A DNA stretch of 64,000 bases from Rhodothermales bacterium (GTDB lineage: Bacteria; Bacteroidota; Rhodothermia; Rhodothermales; DATKEJ01): NCBI GenBank assembly GCA_965250215.1, contig CBDFNN010000004.1:1266734-1330733 (forward strand). Reading direction: 5' to 3'. The translations under genes were made by a program, and so were the position numbers. The first letter of the stretch is position 1; every line of letters begins with the position of its first letter. Shown here one piece after another: positions 1 through 7,808 of this stretch. The notes under the pieces are model-generated. The model ran no database searches. It saw only the letters and a program-made list of their open reading frames with translations, and had not been told where the DNA came from.

Positions 1-185
1 ATACCGGCATACATTGTCGTAAACAAAATATTTTGCTTGAAATCATAGGGGAGTCCAATGACTGGATAAAACGGCAAGTCTCCCAGAAGACCTTTCTCGA
101 GAATCGAATAAATAAGGGCTCCAAAAATCCATATCAATCCGAAGGGAATGATTTGAGATAGATCACGGCGAAGTTTTGGAGACAT
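1..185 (-). CDS. 5' part of a membrane-protein gene that runs off the left edge. The N-terminus resembles the membrane N-termini of Bacteroidota adenylate/guanylate-cyclase-domain proteins, but function is not established.
   Basis: Manual reverse translation from ATG at 185-183 gives MSPKLRRDLSQIIPFGLIWIFGALIYSILEKGLLGDLPFYPVIGLPYDFKQNILFTTMYAG. The frame is open to position 1 and contains a hydrophobic TM-like segment. It is absent from the ORF track because it is truncated. Confidence 0.4.
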   Translation of the reverse strand, partial: MSPKLRRDLSQIIPFGLIWIFGALIYSILEKGLLGDLPFYPVIGLPYDFKQNILFTTMYAG

Positions 186-249
186 TTTGTGGCCGTTGAT
201 TGATTACCGCCAAGCCTCGGGGTCGGGCCTTAAAATTATTGATTGCCTG

Positions 250-2223
250 TCAATTCTTAAGGTACTTGGCGTACCACGTTATGTATCGTTCATATCGGTC
301 TTTTTGAAAACTCGGCTTTCTAATGCCATGTCCTTCACCGGGATAGACAACCAGTTGCGTATCGATACCGAGGCGCTTAGTAGCTTGATACATCTGCTCT
401 GAGTTCATGATTGGTACATTCCAATCTTTCTCACCGCCAATCCAGAGTGTCGGCGTCTTAATATTGCCGACATTATTGAAGGGGGAAATTTTCTCCCATG
501 CCTCGCTGTTTTCCCAGGGGAGGCCGAGTTCTTTCTCCCAGAAATATTGATAGTGATCGTGGCCGTAATTGGCCCGATAGTTGGCCTCACTGGCTCCCGA
601 AATCGCCACTTTGAATCGATCAGTCGAGGTAATGATGTAGTTTGTAAGCATGCCCCCATAGCTCCAACCACCAACACCAAGTTTGTCAGGATCGCCGATT
701 CCTTCCTCAATCACATAATCGACCCCAGCCAAGACATCTTTCGTATCTGGAACTCCCCATTGGGCCCAGAGAGCCTCGGAAAAAGCTTGTCCGTACCCGG
801 AAGAGCCTCGCGGGTTGGTTGTGACAACGACGTAACCCTGTGCAGCCAATAGCTGGGCCTCGAAGTTAAAGCTAAAATCGTATTGTGAGACTGGGCCTCC
901 ATGAATCCGTAGAATGACAGGGTACTTCTTGCCGTCCTCGACATTTGGGGGAGAGAAGATGAATCCCTCGACCATGACTCCAGGCTCAGATTCATAGTTG
1001 ATATTGCGCACGCTTGATAAACTTAGACTGTCCAGAAGAACGGTATTGGTGTGAGTCAACTGCCGAAGTCCATTGGAGTCTTTGATGAAAACTTCAGTCG
1101 GGAGCTGAGATTTTGAAAGGAGTAGAGCCGTTTGACCACCAACTTTCCTATGTGACGATGCTCTGTGATGTCCTTCTACAGTTTTACTGAATTCCCTCGT
1201 GGCGACATCGATTTCCCCAATATGTCGTTCCCCGCTGTCTTCAATCGTGACGGTGATCTTTTTGCCGTCAGAAGACCAGATTGGCTGGGAAACATTTCGA
1301 TCTAGATGTTGGGTGAGTACTTGTGTTGTCTTGTCTTCTATATCCGTTATTGCGATGTAATCCAAGGCGTACCAAATTTTGTCAGGCTCAGTCCCAGTAT
1401 GATAGGCGATCTGCTTTCCGTCAGGGCTCCAGACGGGATTTGAGTCGGAGCCTGGGTTGGTAGTGATTTGAACTGGTATATGGGGCGAGCCAGTAGTATC
1501 ACTAGCAACAGTCCAAATGTCGGAGTTTCGATTTGAATCTGGATAGTCCGTGATGTTTGCATCGAAGGCGATGCTTGATCCATCGGGTGACCAGGCCGGA
1601 TTGCCGATGCTATAGCTCCCGTCAGTCAATTGTTTGAGAGTTTTTGAGGCTAGATCGAATACGTACAAATGTGTGCTCAGCGAGTCAAGATAACCAGTGT
1701 AGTCTCTTTTTATTTCTAATCTATCAATGACCCAGGGTTTTGGCTTCTTCTTTTTCTCGTCCTCCTCTTCCTCTTTCTTGTCTTTGATGGTTAAGGCTAA
1801 CTTTGTCCCATCCGAGGACCATACATATGACGAAATGCCGTGTTTTACCTCGGTAAGTTGTTGAGCTTCTCCTCCCAATCGATTTAGGAGCCAGACTTGG
1901 CTCTTGCTTTCCATTCGACTTCCTGAGAAGGCGAGGTATTTGTTGTCTGGGCTCCATCGAGGTCTGCTTGAGGAGAATCCCTTCATAGTCATTGGAATAG
2001 CATCACCACCTTCGCTGGGAATCATCCAAACCCGAGTTTCCCTTTTGTCCTTTTCCAGATCCGTTTCCGAGACTGTATAAGCAACCCACTTTCCGTCGGG
2101 ACTTATTTGCGGATCCCTAACTGATTTAATGGAGAAAAAATCATCGACTTCAAGGTTGCGTTGAGCAAGTAGATGTCCGTCCGAGAAAACGAAGATTAAA
2201 CAGAGCAGTGTGGCAAGTCGCAT
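250..2223 (-). CDS. Secreted S9-family serine peptidase (prolyl oligopeptidase / acylaminoacyl-peptidase type) with an N-terminal TolB-like beta-propeller
   Basis: 657 aa. Signal peptide MRLATLLCLIFVFSDGHLLA. Repeated SPDGK/WSPDG/WSSDG propeller blades. Catalytic-serine motif GGWSYGG, with an alpha/beta-hydrolase C-terminus ending GEGHG. Confidence 0.9.
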   Translation of the reverse strand: MRLATLLCLIFVFSDGHLLAQRNLEVDDFFSIKSVRDPQISPDGKWVAYTVSETDLEKDKRETRVWMIPSEGGDAIPMTMKGFSSSRPRWSPDNKYLAFSGSRMESKSQVWLLNRLGGEAQQLTEVKHGISSYVWSSDGTKLALTIKDKKEEEEDEKKKKPKPWVIDRLEIKRDYTGYLDSLSTHLYVFDLASKTLKQLTDGSYSIGNPAWSPDGSSIAFDANITDYPDSNRNSDIWTVASDTTGSPHIPVQITTNPGSDSNPVWSPDGKQIAYHTGTEPDKIWYALDYIAITDIEDKTTQVLTQHLDRNVSQPIWSSDGKKITVTIEDSGERHIGEIDVATREFSKTVEGHHRASSHRKVGGQTALLLSKSQLPTEVFIKDSNGLRQLTHTNTVLLDSLSLSSVRNINYESEPGVMVEGFIFSPPNVEDGKKYPVILRIHGGPVSQYDFSFNFEAQLLAAQGYVVVTTNPRGSSGYGQAFSEALWAQWGVPDTKDVLAGVDYVIEEGIGDPDKLGVGGWSYGGMLTNYIITSTDRFKVAISGASEANYRANYGHDHYQYFWEKELGLPWENSEAWEKISPFNNVGNIKTPTLWIGGEKDWNVPIMNSEQMYQATKRLGIDTQLVVYPGEGHGIRKPSFQKDRYERYITWYAKYLKN

Positions 2224-2384
2224 AAAATACCTAGGTTTTGAAAGTCTTGCATTAAGCTACACTGCTTGAAGGAAAACTGCACAATGATTGATTTGCACAA
2301 TGGAAGACCCCCGGTGGAATATCACGGAGCCCCGTCGCTGATCGATTATATAATCTAGAAGAATGTTAGGAATTGACCTGTCCC

Positions 2385-2414
2385 AAAAAGGGGCCGACTG
2401 GATCGGCCCCTTTT
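2385..2414 (-). terminator. Rho-independent terminator (bidirectional shape) downstream of the 2439..3614 gene
   Basis: AAAAA (2385-2389), stem GGGGCCG (2390-2396), 7-nt loop, stem CGGCCCC (2404-2410), TTTT (2411-2414). On the minus strand the stem is followed by TTTTT. Confidence 0.75.
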
Positions 2415-2438
2415 ATCTAAGAAATTCAAAGCTCGGTA

Positions 2439-3614
2439 TTACTTCTGGAGGACCAGACGTCCAGATTCTTTGAAGTTCTGACCGTTGACTTGATAGAAAT
2501 AGAGCCCGTTCTTCAGACTTGATCCTTCGATCGTAATGAGTTCTCTTTGATTGGCCGTCAAACTCGAGTTGAAAATCGTCTGGACATTTCTGCCGAGCGC
2601 ATCAAAGAGCTCGACTCTAACTTCTTGGTCTTCCGCAACAATGAGAGAAAAACTGGAACTCGAAGAGAATGGATTGGGATAAGCTGATGAAATGCTCGCG
2701 GGACCTGGGAGCTCTACGGTCACTTCGATTTCATCACTGAAGTTCATCAGACCATCGAAATCGAGTTGCTGAAGTCTAAAAGTGTGAACACCGGCAGACA
2801 AATTTTCGACTCTGAAGTCGTAGCTCTGAGCTTCAAGGGTTGATCCATGACCGTCAATAAATCCATGGTTGGTATACTCGGAGCCGAAACTTTTGCTTTG
2901 GACGAAAAAACCTGAATTATTTTCTTCTGAAGCTGTGTCCCAGGCAAGAATTACATCATTGCCTTCAACAAGGGCCTCGAAGTTGGTTAATTCGACGGGC
3001 AAATTCGCCATGTAGGAGGCTCGAACCATCCAGTTCCCAGCTAAGCCAAAGCTGTCGATCGTCCCCCAATCTTGTGGAGCCGGGAGGATAGGTGGATCGG
3101 TGGGGCCAGGCAGATTCCAAGTACCTCCCCAAGATCTACCTTGCGTAGCCGTTTGGTCCAAATTTGCGGGAAACTCATGGTTTGGTGGGGCTGGTCCGTC
3201 TCGATTTATGACGCCAACTAAAATATCACCGACTGTTGTTGCCTGAGTCGTTGTAATAGGGAGCACAACGAAGGTTGAATTATCAGCAGCCGTTATCGTA
3301 CCCGAAGCAGAGCCTAACAAAACAGCTCCAGTTCCTGGGTTACCATCAAGATCGGTGTCCTCCCAAACGTAGACATCGATGTTCTGATTTAGGAGAGAAG
3401 GAGTTGCTGGAAATTGGACTTGGACATCGGTTACCTTCAGTGGATAATCTCCCGGAGGCGGTGTGAATCTATTGAGCCAGAGGAAGACACCGCTTCTTAG
3501 GTCATCACCTACGGCAGTCTCAGGGCCTCCATCATCAAGGGTTAAGACCTGCGCTTCTATTTCAGATCCTAGGCAAAGTATCGACAGAAGTAAGAGTAGT
3601 AGATTTTTTTGCAT
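2439..3614 (-). CDS. Secreted protein with a T9SS C-terminal sorting domain
   Basis: 391 aa. Signal peptide MQKNLLLLLLSILCLGSEIEA. Pre-CTD module LPVELTNFEALVEGNDVILAWDTASEENNSGFFVQ. CTD begins at AYPNPFSSSS and ends GLYFYQVNG...RLVLQK. Confidence 0.8.
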   Translation of the reverse strand: MQKNLLLLLLSILCLGSEIEAQVLTLDDGGPETAVGDDLRSGVFLWLNRFTPPPGDYPLKVTDVQVQFPATPSLLNQNIDVYVWEDTDLDGNPGTGAVLLGSASGTITAADNSTFVVLPITTTQATTVGDILVGVINRDGPAPPNHEFPANLDQTATQGRSWGGTWNLPGPTDPPILPAPQDWGTIDSFGLAGNWMVRASYMANLPVELTNFEALVEGNDVILAWDTASEENNSGFFVQSKSFGSEYTNHGFIDGHGSTLEAQSYDFRVENLSAGVHTFRLQQLDFDGLMNFSDEIEVTVELPGPASISSAYPNPFSSSSSFSLIVAEDQEVRVELFDALGRNVQTIFNSSLTANQRELITIEGSSLKNGLYFYQVNGQNFKESGRLVLQK

Positions 3615-3833
3615 TTTGACAAAATAATTTATTGGGTGGTCATCGCGAGCTAAGGTAATCTAACAAATCCGTTGTTATTTTTGAGCTTGGATTGTGTTTG
3701 TTTCTTGAATTGCTGTATAAGTTCTAACAATGTTGACTCCTCATATTCAATCTTTAGACAATCTTGAATCGAATTACTTTCAATCAAATACTCATTTTGA
3801 CCTAAAAGTAGGAATCCGGCCTTGACGAGATTA

Positions 3834-4400
3834 TCACCGAAGGTCGAGCAAACTTGATTTCGCTTCGAATGTCCGGGTGACCTTCTTTAAGTCCTTGTAG
3901 GCCTGCAAAGTCATGTACATCGGTTGGAAAAGGATGGGGGACATACCTACCATGGGGCCAAATGGTTTGAGTCCAATGTGTTTATACAAACTCTCCTCCA
4001 TAACGGTGCCAGACATAATACCAAGGTCATAGCCTAGACTCGCGCAATGTCTTGCGAGGAGTTGAAGTAATCCCTGAAAAACGCGTAATTTTCGATACTC
4101 CTCCTCGATGGCCAATAGGCGAAACTCGCAAAGGGCTTTGTGTGGTGGCAAATACGAATCGAGATTTTCCAGTTTATGATCGAGGGAGAAAGGTCGCTGA
4201 TCTCTGGTTGTGATCATTCCTACAACTCGACTCTTGTCCAACCCGATGATGTAGGTATTCTGGTCGTGAAATTTGTCGACAAGTGATTTTTCTACATTGG
4301 GAGGGTGTTGCGGAATCTCTTCGACAAATGTCTTATAGTTGAGTCGATGAATCTGCTCAAACTCATTATCCTTCGTCGCTATTTTGAATTCAAGATTCAC
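3834..4400 (-). CDS. GNAT-fold N-acyltransferase-like protein
   Basis: 188 aa. The core RLLAIEEEYRKLRVFQGLLQLLARHCASLGYD looks like an acyl-CoA-binding GNAT fold. The start overlaps the stop of the upstream plsY-like gene by 4 nt. Confidence 0.55.
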   Translation of the reverse strand: MNLEFKIATKDNEFEQIHRLNYKTFVEEIPQHPPNVEKSLVDKFHDQNTYIIGLDKSRVVGMITTRDQRPFSLDHKLENLDSYLPPHKALCEFRLLAIEEEYRKLRVFQGLLQLLARHCASLGYDLGIMSGTVMEESLYKHIGLKPFGPMVGMSPILFQPMYMTLQAYKDLKKVTRTFEAKSSLLDLR

Positions 4401-4996
4401 TCGACCGGCTGGGTAAGAAGTGTTTTCTTCAGATCGTGGCGATGTGTGTAAACGATAAGGCCAGCAAGGGCCACGAGTCCGATGATGATCGGCAGGGCCA
4501 ATCCCAAGGCATAAGCAATCAAAGGAGAGATGGAGATCACAAAGGTGACGCTTAGATGATCATTCTTACTCAGAAGGGTGAGTAGAGCCGTGATGGCAAG
4601 AAGTATCAAGGCCAATCTGTAGTCGATAACAAGCAGGCCAGCCAAGCAAGTCGCCAGCCCTTTTCCACCTTTGAAGCTAAGCTGAGCTGGGAAAATATGA
4701 CCTGTCACTACAGCAACGAGGGCCAGCATGCATATAGACTCACCCAAATCCAAATAGAGACAAGCAGAAACAACCAACGCTCCTTTAATAAAATCTCCGA
4801 GAAAAACGAGAATGAAGCCTTTTTTGCCGAGAGCTCTACCAGCGTTCTTTGCACCCGCATTGCTGCTACCGAATTCACGAATGTCTTGTCCCAGACTACT
4901 TTTTGTGAGATAGTAGGCTGAGCTAAAACAGCCAACAAAGTAGCTCGCGATAATTATCGAGATGTTGGGGAGGGTTATGAAGTCTGCAGGATTCAA
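4397..4996 (-). CDS. PlsY-family (acyl-phosphate:glycerol-3-phosphate acyltransferase-like) membrane protein, divergent
   Basis: 199 aa with a TTG start. By eye it aligns collinearly with E. coli PlsY as recalled from memory: GCFSSA, FGSSNAGAKNAGRALGKKG (canonical GSGNxGATN), GHIFPAQLSFKGGKGLAT, THRHDLKK. Confidence 0.8.
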   Translation of the reverse strand: MNPADFITLPNISIIIASYFVGCFSSAYYLTKSSLGQDIREFGSSNAGAKNAGRALGKKGFILVFLGDFIKGALVVSACLYLDLGESICMLALVAVVTGHIFPAQLSFKGGKGLATCLAGLLVIDYRLALILLAITALLTLLSKNDHLSVTFVISISPLIAYALGLALPIIIGLVALAGLIVYTHRHDLKKTLLTQPVE

Positions 4997-5076
4997 AACG
5001 TCTAGTCCTTGGTGTGGAATCCAATTTAGTTAAGGAAAACATAAAAGACGATTAACGATTATCCGATTGTCTGATT

Positions 5077-5101
5077 TTCCGAAATTCGGAAGCATTAATG
5101 C
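5077..5101. promoter_or_regulatory. Two abutting perfect palindromes in a divergent promoter spacer (candidate operator)
   Basis: TTCCGAAATTCGGAA (5077-5091) is immediately followed by GCATTAATGC (5092-5101). They lie between the plsY-like start (4996, minus strand) and the NTF2-like gene (5249, plus strand). Confidence 0.3.
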
Positions 5102-5140
5102 TTTCGGGCCATGGAGGGCTAATGAAGTGAGGGTATCTTC

Positions 5141-5210
5141 AAAACTCAAAACTCAAAACTCAAAACTCAAAACTCAAAACTCAAAACTCAAAACTCAAAA
5201 CTCAAAACTC
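5141..5210 (+). repeat. Perfect heptanucleotide tandem array (AAAACTC)x10
   Basis: Ten uninterrupted copies counted base by base from 5141 to 5210. The array ends 38 nt upstream of the ATG at 5249. Confidence 0.98.
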
Positions 5211-5248
5211 AATCTCCTATATTGACGCCACAACCAATCTCAAACAAA

Positions 5249-5725
5249 ATGCGTCAGCTAATTTCCAGCTTACTCCTTGTCGTTCTTATTCCACTCCTTG
5301 GCTTTGCTCAAGAATCAGAACTCGATGCTTATTGGGCGGAAGGATCCCGAACAGTAGGGGAAGGCGATTTCGACGGCTATGCGGCAACCTACCATCCAGA
5401 TGCCGTCTTGGTAAATGCTTTGAATGGCAAATCATATCCGATTGCCACGGCACTCTCGGGCTGGAAGCAAGGTTTTGATGACGTCGTTTCCGGGAAAATG
5501 AAGGCTGGTGTTACCTTTCGATTTTCGCAGAGATTGAACGACGAGACAACAGCCCACGACACCGGCATTTTCCGATACTGGTTTGCCATGGGTGAAGATG
5601 AGCCAAGCGTTTCCCTTGTTCACTTCGAAGGCTTGCTTGTCAAAGTGGATGGAGAATGGAAGATGGTTATGGAGTATCAGAAATCCAGAGCAAGTGAGGT
5701 GGAGTGGGAGGCTTTGGGAGAATAG
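5249..5725 (+). CDS. Secreted NTF2-fold (SnoaL/DUF4440-like) protein
   Basis: The track ORF starts at TTG 5222. I prefer ATG 5249, which gives the signal peptide MRQLISSLLLVVLIPLLGFAQ. The motif GDFDGYAATYHPDAVLV and the ~150-aa size fit SnoaL/DUF4440-like proteins. Confidence 0.6.
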   Translation: MRQLISSLLLVVLIPLLGFAQESELDAYWAEGSRTVGEGDFDGYAATYHPDAVLVNALNGKSYPIATALSGWKQGFDDVVSGKMKAGVTFRFSQRLNDETTAHDTGIFRYWFAMGEDEPSVSLVHFEGLLVKVDGEWKMVMEYQKSRASEVEWEALGE

Positions 5726-5737
5726 ATTTCCGGAACA

Positions 5738-6877
5738 TCAGATTGTCAGATTGTCAGATATCGCCAGAGCTCCTACCAAGGGATTTGCAGCGATAGGAGG
5801 TGATGTTTTCGATTTTAACCCAAATAGAGGTCTTAGGAATCCTAGTCTGCGGATCACAAACTCGTAGCTAAGAAAACAACCCAGGCCTGTGAGTAGAACG
5901 ACAAGACCGAACTTGATCCATTGGGGCATTTCCAGATCGAAAAAGAGATAGGATCCTAGATAGAGGAATGCCATGTGGATTATATAGACCGGATATGCCG
6001 CCTGGCTAAGATAACTAAGTACTCTGCTCGGTCTATTGAGGTAGGAATAGCCGAGGCCAAATACACCGAAAATCCAAAGACAGGACTCGATCGACAGCAA
6101 GTAATTTTCTGGCTTTAGATCGAAATAGACGAGCCGCGTTAGGTAGAGCGTGAAGGCGCAAGCAATGAGGCCCCATTTCCATTTCTTTACCGTGTCGAAG
6201 AACGCGACTCCACTCCACACACACGAAAACCCCACAAAGAATGCAATCATTCCGATCCAAAAACCGTGCAGGGTCATCGCGTAGATTTCGAAGCTATCGG
6301 GATTAACTAATATCGATTCCACAACGAAGGGAAGAATGATTGCCATCAATCCCAGTGGAGTTCCGAGTAATCTCTTGAGTCCTCGATTAATTGCGCCACT
6401 CTTGTTCTTCTTGAGATAAAAGAACAGAGGCGACAACACCACGACGTAGATAAATATATTCCCAAGAAACCAGAGATGAGCTGGATTAAGCACGAAGGTG
6501 ATATCCTGACTATAATATTTCTGCCATAGAAAAACGTGGATCGGTACAATGGCTATCGTCCCAAAAATAAACGGCAGCAGGATTCGCCTTGATCGCTCCA
6601 TGATCAGTTTCTTGAAATCTCGTCTCTCTATGGCAAAACTTACTCCCATTCCCGATACAAAAAAGAGCAGAGGTATCCTCCAGACGTTTAACATGCTCAT
6701 TGGTATCCAGATCGACTCCAAGGAGTCGCCGTTTTGAATGAAGCCAATGAACACACCCCAAGGTTGAAATCCGATCGAAATGTGATAGATAAGAAGAAGG
6801 CCGATTGCGATGACTCGTAGCCAATCGATGTCGTGTCTTCGTTGAGATATCTGCATTTGAGCATTCACTTTTGACAT
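5738..6877 (-). CDS. Acyltransferase family 3 (OpgC/OafA-like) integral membrane protein
   Basis: The motif RRHDIDWLRVIAIGLLLIYH is followed by about 10 hydrophobic segments. The track ORF extends to 6985, but ATG 6877 or 6856 fits the family N-terminus better. The start is uncertain. Confidence 0.75.
   Translation of the reverse strand: MSKVNAQMQISQRRHDIDWLRVIAIGLLLIYHISIGFQPWGVFIGFIQNGDSLESIWIPMSMLNVWRIPLLFFVSGMGVSFAIERRDFKKLIMERSRRILLPFIFGTIAIVPIHVFLWQKYYSQDITFVLNPAHLWFLGNIFIYVVVLSPLFFYLKKNKSGAINRGLKRLLGTPLGLMAIILPFVVESILVNPDSFEIYAMTLHGFWIGMIAFFVGFSCVWSGVAFFDTVKKWKWGLIACAFTLYLTRLVYFDLKPENYLLSIESCLWIFGVFGLGYSYLNRPSRVLSYLSQAAYPVYIIHMAFLYLGSYLFFDLEMPQWIKFGLVVLLTGLGCFLSYEFVIRRLGFLRPLFGLKSKTSPPIAANPLVGALAISDNLTI
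5739..5760 (+). repeat. Octanucleotide array CAGATTGT CAGATTGT CAGATA
   Basis: 2.75 copies lying between the convergent stops at 5725 and 5738. The last codons of the minus-strand acyltransferase ORF (ISDNLTI*) are read from this array. Confidence 0.85.
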
Positions 6878-6997
6878 TCCTATTCTGATAAATTGAGTCT
6901 TCTCATCTGTCAAGGAGGCGGACACCTGGGATTCTCCAATAGGAGAATTCAACTGAAGGTGCGCCTCGATTCTATAGAGCCTCAATGAGACTCTACT

Positions 6998-7597
6998 CTA
7001 TTGGCCGTTTTCTATCATCTCCGCGATGATCGGGCGTGCAACGATGATCTCTTCGTAATCGAGCTTTAGACCTAAAGGGCCAAGATCCTTGCTAATCTGA
7101 TCATATATGGGCTTCACCTGGTCAAAGCTAGCAAGGAGTGATTCTAGAGCCGTTGCTCCATAGCTATTTCGAATGCTAAGGTCTGCCTTGTTGTTGATAA
7201 GAAGTTTTGCAATTTCAGTCCGGCCGAAAAATGAAGCTGTGTGCAAAGGCGTAGAGCCGTCGGCACTTGCTATATTCAAGTCAGCCCCTGCTTCGATCAG
7301 AAGTTTTGCGACTTCCGTCTTCCCGAAGGTGGCGGCGATTGTCAAGGGAGTGGAACCATAGTCATCCTTTTGATTCAAGTCCGATTTAGCCGCGATGTGA
7401 CCGTTGACGGACTTTGCGTCGCCCATAAAGGCTGCCATGGCTAGTGGTGTTTTCGGGGTCTCTACTTTTACAGTTGTCTCGGAATTTTGCTCGATATCCT
7501 GGTCGCATGAGACAAGTATAATTGAGGTGCATAGTAAAAACAGAAAGCTCAGTGTTGCGATACTGTTGATCTTGAAGGATTTCATCGGATTGATCAT
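6998..7597 (-). CDS. Ankyrin-repeat lipoprotein
   Basis: 199 aa. Lipobox-like LVSCDQD. Three clear ANK repeats: GSTPLTIAATFGKTEVAKLLIEAGADLN, GSTPLHTASFFGRTEIAKLLINNKADLS and a third beginning GATALE. Confidence 0.85.
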   Translation of the reverse strand: MINPMKSFKINSIATLSFLFLLCTSIILVSCDQDIEQNSETTVKVETPKTPLAMAAFMGDAKSVNGHIAAKSDLNQKDDYGSTPLTIAATFGKTEVAKLLIEAGADLNIASADGSTPLHTASFFGRTEIAKLLINNKADLSIRNSYGATALESLLASFDQVKPIYDQISKDLGPLGLKLDYEEIIVARPIIAEMIENGQ

Positions 7598-7808
7598 TAA
7601 GTGATTGAGTAATTGATAGACTCAAGATCGGAACAGTGTCCCGCTTACACTTATTAGCTATGTTGCCGATGATATCGCCTATGATTCAGTCCTATTAACT
7701 ATAGCTCATGACTATAAATTATGACGCAAGGGCGGAAATCAATCTTTATCTTCGTGTTATTATGTCTAATTACAGTCCATTTTTCTGCAACACCTTATAG
7801 AGACCTAG

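Noticed and set aside
5141-5210. Could the tandem arrays (5141, 26196, 45320, 55784) be CRISPR arrays?
   Set aside because: The units are 7-8 nt and directly abutting with no spacers, and no cas genes are present. These are simple tandem repeats, not CRISPR.
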